From Sedimentisphaerales bacterium (GTDB taxonomy: Bacteria; Planctomycetota; Phycisphaerae; Sedimentisphaerales; SM23-30), in NCBI GenBank assembly GCA_963666285.1, contig OY762711.1: a stretch of 64,000 bases of DNA. One strand, written 5' to 3'. Shown here piece after piece: positions 55,480 to 64,000 of the stretch. The notes beneath the pieces were generated by a model. It ran no database searches. It was not told where the DNA came from and was given only the letters and a program-made list of their open reading frames with translations. Every line of letters starts with the position of its first letter. Positions within the stretch are counted from its first letter, which is position 1. The position numbers were made by a program, and so were the translations under genes.

Positions 55480-58400
55480 ATGAAAAAGAGATTAGTTATT
55501 ATAAATATATTGGTTGTAGCAGTTTCATTCCTACAGGCTGAACTACGATATCGTGTAACAGACTTAACAGAATCTGGAGAGGATTCTATTATTATTCCTT
55601 CTATTGGTTGCAGTATTAATGACAATGGTGATATCACAGGTATAGGAATACCTGTGGTTAATTCTAAGCCATTTAAGTATGATGCTGCCAGTGGAGAGTT
55701 CATTAACCTTGGTAATTTGAACGGCAATTTTACCGACGGCAAAGGCGGCAACAGCTATGGCATGAATAATCTGGGCCAGATTGTTGGAAGAAACAGTAAT
55801 GCGGATAAAAAATATGAATATCTGCCATTTGTTTTTATTGATTCTAATAACAACTATGTAGTTGATCCCGGTGAAATGGATAGTGTAGCTATAGCTGATA
55901 TTTATGATAACGGCGGTTGGGCTTATGACAACAACGATACCGGTAGGATAGTAGGTAAAGTAACGATTGATGCAAAAACAGTAAATGATGAAGATAGAGA
56001 TTATGGTTTTGTCAGTGTAGATAAAAATGGTGATGGGATATATTCATTAGGTGAAATCCAATATTTTGATGAAGATTACATTCCGATAAAAATCAATAAT
56101 TCAGGTGTGATATGTTTAAATCATTCTACTGATACTTATATATGGAAAGATACCGATAACGATGGTGTTTATGACCCTAATGATGGCTTGCAATTAATTC
56201 CTGTACCGTCAAAATATAATTATGGAGCTTTACAGGTTGGCATAGATTTTATGTCATTAAAATGTATTGATGAAAATGGTAGTGTATGCGGTGCGGTAGA
56301 GAACCAGTTTGGTGTTGGTAATGGTTTTTATTGGTCAGACGTTGACAGCGATGGCATTATTGAGGAATCTGAATATTTATATTTTGGTACACCGCTGAAA
56401 GAAATACATGTTCGAGCTATGAATGATAACGGTCAGGTTGTGGGAGGAACATATGACTTTTCTAAGCTTCGAAGGGCATTTATCTGGTCAGCTGCTGATG
56501 GAGAGTTGGATCTGAATACAATATCTGACATAACTGCAGGTGATTTAGGATTGCCTCGTTTGAGTCAGGCTGAGGGGATCAATAATAGTGGGCAAATTGT
56601 TGTTACTGCTCGATATGATATTAATGGGGACGGGAAAGATAATTTTGGCGAACCAGAGCATGTTTTAGTTTTGTCACCTTACACTGATGGTGGAGCGACC
56701 AGGTATAGCGTGATTGACCTGACCGAAGTTGCAGCTGCCCATGGAGCTGAGATATTACCAGATACTGCTTATTGCCTTAATGAAAATGGCGATGTTGCCG
56801 GCCATGGTTATCCGAATATTCAAATAACACCAAAGATATTTAAATACGATGCAAACAGAAGTGAGTTGGTTAATTTAGGTAATCTTGCCGTTAATTTTAC
56901 TGATGGCTATGGTGGCGAAAGTGCAGATATAAACAGTCAGGGTATTATTGTTGGTTATAGCAGTATTTCCAATGAGAGTCCTGAATACAGACCGTTTTTA
57001 TTCAAAGATAAAAACTTTAATGGATATGCCGATAGCGGCGAGATGATTAATCTTGTCTTAAGCAGCGATTTCAATTACGGTCAGGCGATGGCTGTAAATG
57101 ATTCAGGAGTTGCGGTTGGATTTAGTGAAGGCACTGATGAGACAGATAGAGGATGGGTAATACTTGACAGTGATGGTGATGGAGATTACGAAGAGTCTGA
57201 GTTACAGGTAATCGGGGAGGAATATTATCCGGTTTCCATAAATAATTATGGAGATATCCTGTTATATAAAGACGCAAATGTATATATCCTTTCGGATGTA
57301 AACGAAGATGGATTTTACAATGCAGCAGATATTGTTAGTTTAAGCCTGCCGACAAGCTATTACGATGAGCAGGTTGCTGAAAATGTTGACATTGCTGAGA
57401 TGATGCCAAAGTTAATTTCAGATTCTAATAAGATATGCGGCGAGGCTAAGAATGTCGATGGAAAATCTGTTGGTTATTTTGCGTCAGATCTTAATGGTGA
57501 TGACATTATCAGTGCAAATGAATATGTTTTTTATGATACATCGTTCAGTGGTGTTTATCCTGTTGATATGAATGGAGATTCTTTGGTTGTTGGCGGAGCC
57601 CTGGATCCTAACTCTGTTGCAGTTGCCTTTGCATGGTCACCAGATGACGGAATGATGGATCTTAATATAATGGCAGATTCTTATTCTGGCAGTTACCCTC
57701 GAATATTTACACGTGCCGAAAGCGTGAATAACTGGGGTGTAATATTGGTTTCTGGCTATTATGATGAGAATGAGAATGGTGTAAGAGATACAGTTGCAGA
57801 TGAAGATAATGATATTGAAGATGAAATTGTGTTTATACTCGAACCTTATTATGCCAATTTCTCTGGTACACCTGAATATATGTATAAGCTGATGACACCG
57901 GCACATGCATCCGGCACTGGCTTATCAACAGTAATTGGAAGTTCTGTGACAGGTGCATATGCGATAAAGACCAATGGAATGGAGTATAACCCTGAAGTTG
58001 GATTTGATCCTGCTAATGGCTTTGATCCGAATGATGGGGTGTATGAATTCTGGTCAATTAACTTTGGTGCGAATCAGTCTGTCAGAAAATTCACAATGGG
58101 AGTTGATGGTTCCAAATGGCTGGATCATTTTGATGGTTATGATTATACGACATATTATGGCCAATATGGGTCATATGTTGATCCGGAGGTTACTGCAGCT
58201 TCCATTGACAATCTGTATGGCACATCTATTGTATATGCATATGAATCAGTGCTTGGAAGAGTAGCTACTGGAGCCCCGGATTTCTCTACTGGTGATTGCA
58301 GTGTTTACAGGGGAGGTTCTTTGAGAGCAGGTTCTTTTGTTCTGAATCCTGTTGCTTTAACATTTAAAGGAGTTACCTATCAGCCAGGTGAGTTGGCATT

Positions 58401-59985
58401 GGTTACTAGTATTGATGGTTGTGAAGATCCTAAGTATCGCAAGGTAGTATTATTCTATGATCTCAGACAGGTAGGCGAAAAAACCAACCGTCAGCCTGAC
58501 TATGATACAGGTGAAGATGGAATAGGCAATAATACTCCTCAGTTTGGAGCATTTGGCCAGACAGACTGGAATGATGCATTTTATCCGCTGGTTACTGGTC
58601 AGAAAATACTAGATTCAGTCCCAGGTCTGTCAAGTGCCAAGACGTTTAACTTTGGCCGTCAGGCGGTTTGGGCACCAGACGGCAGTGCAATCTATTTTGC
58701 CGGCTTTATAGTAAATCCATCGTATAATGAGAATGATCCAAGTTCTGTTAATTATTATAATGGTATCTGGAAATATGATCTTATAAACGATAAGCTTGTG
58801 CAGATTAGAAGAAATAATACACGTGAAGAGCGTATGTATTATTGTGAAATGGCGGCGATGGATACAGGCTTGCGTGATTTTACCGATGGTCAGGAAAGTG
58901 GTATCCAGGTTATGTTTTGTTCTGAGTTTGATACCGGCAATGAGGGTGGAATTAGCTGTATTGTAGATGATGGTAGTGTCGATCCAAATGAATTAGCGAA
59001 TCAATCTGTGTATACTGTTCTTTCGGCAGATAAATTGTCTGAGATGAACGGACAAGCTCCGGAAGTTAATTATGTAAAGAATATTATTGCGACAGCAGAT
59101 GGAGAGATATATTTCTACTGTACTGGCAATTCTGCTTACCTCGGATCGGATTATGTGAATTCAGGAGGGTCATTGTATCGTGGTTCTTTTGCAATATATA
59201 GATATGACACCCGAGACAGGCTTTATGCGATAAGTAATCGGGCAACACATATGACTTTCAATGTCGGAAATGGTTCCAGCATAAGCGGCAGTACAGGTGC
59301 TATGGGTGCGATGCAGTACTATGATGATCTATTTGCCAAGAAGATGCTGGCCTTCCGGAATACTTCGCTGGCTGTTCCTTGTGGTATTGAGATATTTAGT
59401 CCATTGGACTTTAACCATGACGGCAGGGTGAATGTAAGTGATTTAAGAATTTTCAGGGATGAAAGAATTCAGAGTGAAAAATATCGTCATCCTATGGAAG
59501 GCGGAGCTGGTGAAGAGCAGATGCCGGGCATATTTGAAATATCTCTCGACCATATAAATTGTGATATTGATGGCAATGCAATGTATCAGAGTTATGTTAA
59601 AGATCAACGTACCGGTGAGATATTGAGTGATGAAGTATTAGAGCAGATGCTGAATGGAACTTACCCGGAAGACCCTAACTTTATTGTGGTTACTGACAAG
59701 AGAATTTTCAATGATAAAATAGTAACAGAATCAGATGCTCGCGTCTTGTACCAGTTTATCTCAGCTGGCGATGCTAACCTGGACGGCACTGTTGACATGG
59801 AGGATTTTGCCAGGTTAGCAGCGAACCATGAAAGTGGAAATTCGCTTGACAATAAGAAAGATTTCTCACAGGGTGATTTTGACTTTGATGGAGATGTTGA
59901 CCTGAATGACCTTCAACTGATGATTGTAAACTGGCTTGATAAATTGTCGTTAGTGGAGGGGCAAGAGCCGATTTACAGACAGTAA
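55480..59985 (+). CDS. Large secreted protein with duplicated HAF-type repeat domains, Ca-binding-like loops and dockerin-like C-terminus
   Basis: Signal peptide; repeated (I/M)N(D/N).G.(I/V)VG and AF.WS...G..DLN; many DxDxDG loops; DFNHDGRVN, GDANLDGTVDMEDF, GDFDFDGDVDLNDL..NWL. Confidence 0.85.
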   Translation: MKKRLVIINILVVAVSFLQAELRYRVTDLTESGEDSIIIPSIGCSINDNGDITGIGIPVVNSKPFKYDAASGEFINLGNLNGNFTDGKGGNSYGMNNLGQIVGRNSNADKKYEYLPFVFIDSNNNYVVDPGEMDSVAIADIYDNGGWAYDNNDTGRIVGKVTIDAKTVNDEDRDYGFVSVDKNGDGIYSLGEIQYFDEDYIPIKINNSGVICLNHSTDTYIWKDTDNDGVYDPNDGLQLIPVPSKYNYGALQVGIDFMSLKCIDENGSVCGAVENQFGVGNGFYWSDVDSDGIIEESEYLYFGTPLKEIHVRAMNDNGQVVGGTYDFSKLRRAFIWSAADGELDLNTISDITAGDLGLPRLSQAEGINNSGQIVVTARYDINGDGKDNFGEPEHVLVLSPYTDGGATRYSVIDLTEVAAAHGAEILPDTAYCLNENGDVAGHGYPNIQITPKIFKYDANRSELVNLGNLAVNFTDGYGGESADINSQGIIVGYSSISNESPEYRPFLFKDKNFNGYADSGEMINLVLSSDFNYGQAMAVNDSGVAVGFSEGTDETDRGWVILDSDGDGDYEESELQVIGEEYYPVSINNYGDILLYKDANVYILSDVNEDGFYNAADIVSLSLPTSYYDEQVAENVDIAEMMPKLISDSNKICGEAKNVDGKSVGYFASDLNGDDIISANEYVFYDTSFSGVYPVDMNGDSLVVGGALDPNSVAVAFAWSPDDGMMDLNIMADSYSGSYPRIFTRAESVNNWGVILVSGYYDENENGVRDTVADEDNDIEDEIVFILEPYYANFSGTPEYMYKLMTPAHASGTGLSTVIGSSVTGAYAIKTNGMEYNPEVGFDPANGFDPNDGVYEFWSINFGANQSVRKFTMGVDGSKWLDHFDGYDYTTYYGQYGSYVDPEVTAASIDNLYGTSIVYAYESVLGRVATGAPDFSTGDCSVYRGGSLRAGSFVLNPVALTFKGVTYQPGELALVTSIDGCEDPKYRKVVLFYDLRQVGEKTNRQPDYDTGEDGIGNNTPQFGAFGQTDWNDAFYPLVTGQKILDSVPGLSSAKTFNFGRQAVWAPDGSAIYFAGFIVNPSYNENDPSSVNYYNGIWKYDLINDKLVQIRRNNTREERMYYCEMAAMDTGLRDFTDGQESGIQVMFCSEFDTGNEGGISCIVDDGSVDPNELANQSVYTVLSADKLSEMNGQAPEVNYVKNIIATADGEIYFYCTGNSAYLGSDYVNSGGSLYRGSFAIYRYDTRDRLYAISNRATHMTFNVGNGSSISGSTGAMGAMQYYDDLFAKKMLAFRNTSLAVPCGIEIFSPLDFNHDGRVNVSDLRIFRDERIQSEKYRHPMEGGAGEEQMPGIFEISLDHINCDIDGNAMYQSYVKDQRTGEILSDEVLEQMLNGTYPEDPNFIVVTDKRIFNDKIVTESDARVLYQFISAGDANLDGTVDMEDFARLAANHESGNSLDNKKDFSQGDFDFDGDVDLNDLQLMIVNWLDKLSLVEGQEPIYRQ

Positions 59986-60043
59986 TTATTAAAAGTAAAT
60001 ATTTTGTAATAGCAATTAATGTGTATTCACGAGAGTCTCAATT

Positions 60044-60802
60044 ATGAAAAGTATAGATAGAAGAAAAAACAGTATTGGTTTTACGCTGATTGAACTTCTG
60101 GTTGTTATCAGTATCATAGCATTATTGGTGAGCATTCTTATGCCGTCTTTGAATCGTGCCAGAATACAAGCAAAAGCTTTAGTCTGTAAAACAAATCTTA
60201 AAAGTCTTTATATTGCAGAGATGTTTTATGTAGATGATAACAATGGGTGGGTTCCTTCTGCTGAAAAAACCCCAAAGTTAGGAGGTTTTTGGCCGTATAG
60301 AGCTGCTAAAGGATATAAGAAAGATAATGATCCGCAAGGATTGGCTGAAACAATGGGGCTGAATGCTTTATTTGATGATCTAAATTATATTCCTTATAAT
60401 AGTGATGTCTGGAAATGTCCTGATTCTGCTTCTAATTGGATGGCAGAAGAGTATGGGATTACATATCAATATAATTGGGTAGATAAATTAGCCGAACATA
60501 AGTTTGTTTCTCTAATGAAAAACCGTAGATTTCGTCGTTTTTATCTAATTGCTGATAATTTTACTAAATATCCTCCTTCACCAATTGGATTTTATGTAGA
60601 TAAAACATCCAAACCTATGTCTAGTATTCCAAATAATGAATGGAAGATTCCCCATAGAATATCAAAGGAAAAGACAAATGAGTATGGTGAAACTGAACAA
60701 GACGCTTCTTCATGGATGCTTGTAGCTATAGATGGTTTTGTGGGAAATAATGGTGAAAATGTTAAGCAAATGAGGCACTATACAGACGAGTCTAACGAAT
60801 GA
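60044..60802 (+). CDS. Prepilin-type N-terminal cleavage/methylation protein
   Basis: [29 protein letters not shown]....C..NL; WKCP; PH...DG. Confidence 0.92.
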   Translation: MKSIDRRKNSIGFTLIELLVVISIIALLVSILMPSLNRARIQAKALVCKTNLKSLYIAEMFYVDDNNGWVPSAEKTPKLGGFWPYRAAKGYKKDNDPQGLAETMGLNALFDDLNYIPYNSDVWKCPDSASNWMAEEYGITYQYNWVDKLAEHKFVSLMKNRRFRRFYLIADNFTKYPPSPIGFYVDKTSKPMSSIPNNEWKIPHRISKEKTNEYGETEQDASSWMLVAIDGFVGNNGENVKQMRHYTDESNE

Positions 60803-61275
60803 AAAGCAAAATTAAAATAATTTTAATAGTTGTGATTTTTTCTGGCCTTGGTATTTATTATCTAATGGGAAGCTCTGAGGCTCGCAAAGTAAGTAGTTTT
60901 GAAGATATTTGTACATACCTTAGAAAAGCAAATTCAATAAGAATTTCTACACAAAGTTATGATTTTGAAAGGAAAATTGTTCTTCCTCCGGTTGTTATAA
61001 GTGAAAGTAAATCAGTGAGTATTATTTCTGATTTTGTTGACTTGCTGGAGAATGAAATGCATTCATGTGATGTGAAAACTACTATTGAATATGATCAACC
61101 CATTACAGCGAATTATAAAGTTGAATTGCAATGTGAACGTTATGTTTCCATTGATTTTGCTCTGTATGATAAATCGTACAAGGTTAATATGAGAAATAGC
61201 GACTATATCTTTTTTGCTGAATTAACAAAAGAAAATGCTGATAATTTTAAGATTTTTTTTAATATGCTTAAATAA
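60799..61275 (+). CDS. Hypothetical membrane-anchored protein
   Basis: N-terminal TM; 4-nt overlap with the prepilin gene. Confidence 0.7.
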   Translation: MKSKIKIILIVVIFSGLGIYYLMGSSEARKVSSFEDICTYLRKANSIRISTQSYDFERKIVLPPVVISESKSVSIISDFVDLLENEMHSCDVKTTIEYDQPITANYKVELQCERYVSIDFALYDKSYKVNMRNSDYIFFAELTKENADNFKIFFNMLK

Positions 61276-61284
61276 TTTCGGCGT

Positions 61285-62826
61285 GTGATAGAATTTATGA
61301 GATTAGTTTTTGTAATACCCCTTTTAATACTTTCCGGTTGCCAATTGTGTTTTGCGGGAGTGGTGCCTTTTGAGAATATTGATGGTGTACCTTGTGTGAA
61401 CGTAGAGATTAAACATGGCGATCAGACGATTAAGACACACCTGATGCTTGATCTCGGTTTAAGTGAATCGCTTCTATTACATAGCGACTTATCAGAGGTT
61501 ATGGAAATTGATTCGGATGCAAAGCTGACAGTATGTTATGATGGGGGGCAGCTGGAAGGCTTGGAGTATTTTAGTGGCGATTTGAGTGAAATTGACGATT
61601 TTTCACGTCGTAATTCAGATGCCCTTGGCGAAATTCCAGTATGGGGCTATATAGGAGTAAAAGCATTTGATTCCGAAGTGGTATCAATGGATATTTCAAA
61701 TAAGATTGCCAGTTATGGCGACATAGACATTCCGGAAAATACAACCAAAATCCTTCTCAAAGTGGATAGTGGCAGATTTATTGCCGATATCGAGCCAGAT
61801 GAAGGTTATGTTTTGAGAGCGGTAATTGCGACTTCAGAATATGATTCAGTATTTGATCTTGATGCCGCAGCTCTTGCCGGAAGCGAGTCAGGTGATTTTG
61901 AGAATTGCAGGTTTTCAAATCTAAATCTTCGGAAATATACTGCTGTCAGATCAAAACAGGATTTTAGTGATGAATTAACCATTGGTGACTGCGTTATAGC
62001 TAATAGTTTCTGGCAGAATTTTGTTGTTTACTATAAGCAGGACGAACAGTGTCTGTATTTGTCTGAACTGCCTTCCGGGTGTATATCTGATCTGAACGAA
62101 CAGCATTTCTTTAATGCGTTTGTTAGTGAGGATATCGACGAGATATATGAATGTATTAACGAATACCCGGATTCCAGGCTTATATTTGAAGCGTACAATT
62201 TGATTCTTAAGTATGCAGTTGAAGCCGGGTATGAAGATGATATCAAAACAGCAATTACAAATCTACTGGAAAGCCAAAGTGATGTTACTGCAGCAAATAT
62301 ATTAATGAATTATGCAGAGAGTTTCATAGAAGTAACTGACTTCAAAACAGCAAAACTGATGTTGTCTTATGCAAAAGAAGAGTTGATTAGTATGGATCAG
62401 CATCCTCTTAAACTAGCAAAGGTAAATACCTGGCTAGGCCAAATAGCTTTGGCTGAAAATGACTTAGCGTCGGCCAGAAGGTACCTGATGAGTGCGGTTT
62501 TTGCCAATCCGGCTGATTGTGATGCAAATTATTACATGGGGAATTATTATGAAAAGAACGGAGATACAGTAAGAGCCTGGGTAAGGTATTTGAAAGCATT
62601 TATGAGAGATGATTCTTATACTCAGGCACTTTCATCGCTGGTTAAAATTAGCTCAGATAGCAATTTTGAGAAAAACTTCACATCAGAAGATGCAATAGAT
62701 TTTCTGGAAGGTCATATATATGATGAGGAAGGCAATTTAACAACATCAGCTTCTATCTTAAAGAATCATGGTGGTGATTTATTTAGAACTGCTATTGTCA
62801 GCCTGGAGGAGCAACATGGAAAATAG
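61285..62826 (+). CDS. Secreted protein with retropepsin-like (aspartyl protease-like) N-terminal region and TPR C-terminus
   Basis: 'VPCVNVEI..THLMLDLG' and 'GYIG'; TPR-like 'WLGQIAL', 'ANYYMGNYYEKNG..RA..RY'. Start may be ATG 61297. Confidence 0.65.
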   Translation: MIEFMRLVFVIPLLILSGCQLCFAGVVPFENIDGVPCVNVEIKHGDQTIKTHLMLDLGLSESLLLHSDLSEVMEIDSDAKLTVCYDGGQLEGLEYFSGDLSEIDDFSRRNSDALGEIPVWGYIGVKAFDSEVVSMDISNKIASYGDIDIPENTTKILLKVDSGRFIADIEPDEGYVLRAVIATSEYDSVFDLDAAALAGSESGDFENCRFSNLNLRKYTAVRSKQDFSDELTIGDCVIANSFWQNFVVYYKQDEQCLYLSELPSGCISDLNEQHFFNAFVSEDIDEIYECINEYPDSRLIFEAYNLILKYAVEAGYEDDIKTAITNLLESQSDVTAANILMNYAESFIEVTDFKTAKLMLSYAKEELISMDQHPLKLAKVNTWLGQIALAENDLASARRYLMSAVFANPADCDANYYMGNYYEKNGDTVRAWVRYLKAFMRDDSYTQALSSLVKISSDSNFEKNFTSEDAIDFLEGHIYDEEGNLTTSASILKNHGGDLFRTAIVSLEEQHGK

Positions 62827-64000
62827 CCTTGTTATCGAAAAGCTGTTAAACCCTATATCCAGGCAGTACAAAAGAAACAAAATTAAAAGTGCTATCATTA
62901 ATTCAATAAATGATTGTATGAAAGTGTTATTATTCTGGCTGGTATTGCTGGTATTTCTAAAATTGCTATTCGCTGACTTGAAACCATATTTAGATGCTGC
63001 AAACATAGTTGTATTTGTTGGAATTTCGGTTTATTTTCTAGTTGTGGTTATAATGTCAGCTATTGATAAAATAAAAAGCATCGAGACAGCTTTAGTAGTT
63101 GATCAAATTACCAATCCTCATGATATTGTAGTTTCAGGCTTAGAATATGAAATTACAGGTCGTAAATCGGATTTTGCATTATTTTCAATATCAAAAGCGT
63201 GCAGTATATTGTCAGATTTCGAGGTGACAAAAGTTTGTATAATGGCCAGGCCATTGCGATATAAAATGATATTGATGGTTTTGTTTCTGATTGTAACTTA
63301 TGTATTAATTCCTGATCATGTTGCATTATTAAATAATAATGATTTTAATGCTGATGCAGCGCTAAAAACAGAAAATCAGCTTAGTACAGATAATATTCCC
63401 GGAGTGTTGCAAAATAACAAGACAGATGCTAATCAAGTTGCGAGAGAAAGATCTTTATTCATCACTGCAAACGCAAACTCACAAACGTCAGCAGGAGATT
63501 CCAATTATATTACAATTGGTAATCAGGAAAACAGCAACGCATTTGCAATTAATCAAAGTCTTTCACGCAAGATGGTTTCTGATAACAAGGTAAATGAGTA
63601 TCAGGAAGACAGCTTCCAGATGAATAGTGATAAAACTGCGTCTTCGTCGCTTTCAAATCTGTCAGAAAGTAATGTTAAAACAGGTGATTTGTTTGCAGAT
63701 ACTGCCGATCAGGATAATCAGCTGGAAAGCGATTCAAATGATAAAAAGGAAAAAGGAAATAATAATAGCAGTGGGCGAAGTCCTATGTTAGATGATAATG
63801 CTTCGGCTCCTGGAAGAGAGCTGGGGCGGGCCGGCAAAAAGAATGGTAAGCCTGGTAATGGGCGTGGGGGACTTGGTTCGGTGAAAAAATCAAGGGCTAC
63901 TGCTTCTATCATGGCAGGCAAGCCGGTTCCCGTATTTATAAAAAGTCGCCAGAATAAGGGACGGTCAAAATCGATTATTTTAAACTCTCCGCCTGGCAGA
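62816..64000 (+). CDS. Hypothetical membrane protein with low-complexity polar C-terminal region (runs off window)
   Basis: ATG 62816 follows GGAGG and overlaps the previous stop. MENSLVIEKLL...; about 3 TM segments, 'TALVVD...DIVVSGLE', then an S/N/D/G-rich tail. Frame is open to the window end, so it is absent from the ORF track. Confidence 0.75.
   Translation, partial: MENSLVIEKLLNPISRQYKRNKIKSAIINSINDCMKVLLFWLVLLVFLKLLFADLKPYLDAANIVVFVGISVYFLVVVIMSAIDKIKSIETALVVDQITNPHDIVVSGLEYEITGRKSDFALFSISKACSILSDFEVTKVCIMARPLRYKMILMVLFLIVTYVLIPDHVALLNNNDFNADAALKTENQLSTDNIPGVLQNNKTDANQVARERSLFITANANSQTSAGDSNYITIGNQENSNAFAINQSLSRKMVSDNKVNEYQEDSFQMNSDKTASSSLSNLSESNVKTGDLFADTADQDNQLESDSNDKKEKGNNNSSGRSPMLDDNASAPGRELGRAGKKNGKPGNGRGGLGSVKKSRATASIMAGKPVPVFIKSRQNKGRSKSIILNSPPGR

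Noticed and set aside
302..63921. Numerous short antisense or overlapping ORFs in the track (e.g. 6088-6720, 7318-7743, 31040-31510, 31994-32485, 63718-63921)
   Set aside because: They overlap well-supported genes on another frame or strand and have no recognisable motifs.

Overview
AT-rich bacterial chromosomal window, most likely a planctomycete of the Phycisphaerae/Sedimentisphaerales type. This assignment is inferred from a LEPRxLL leader, prepilin-type H-X9-DG proteins, PEP-CTERM proteins, dockerin-like C-termini and ECF sigma/FecR pairs. The left ~20 kb is mostly housekeeping and signalling: truD end, kdsA, GH105/GH88, a caspase-family protease, tRNA-Leu(TAA), carA, a TrpR-like repressor, a PAS-GGDEF-HD-GYP protein, rnfDGEA, a CHASE kinase with a binding protein, and a DUF5722-like hydrolase. 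A frameshifted IS630 abutting an IS66 remnant (20.3-21.8 kb) marks the start of a ~42 kb glycan-utilisation/surface-protein region. That region has no SusC/SusD or TonB receptor; it is built from ECF sigma/anti-sigma, LamG/dockerin-like proteins, prepilin-type proteins, PEP-CTERM proteins and GH27/36, GH16, GH31, GH50-like and GH106-like enzymes. Signals the ORF track misses: (1) a selenocysteine-containing SelD (in-frame UGA at 33390 plus a SECIS-like hairpin) fused to a Cys-rich N-terminal domain; (2) five full copies and one collapsed copy of a ~161 bp palindromic MITE with compensatory substitutions; (3) a three-copy ~200-240 bp non-coding repeat; (4) a REP-like hairpin family; (5) candidate structured RNAs at ~7.1 kb and ~12.0 kb; (6) a one-base frameshift in rnfE; (7) enrichment of a D-P-N motif in secreted dockerin-type proteins. 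All family assignments come from motif recognition by eye, not database searches.
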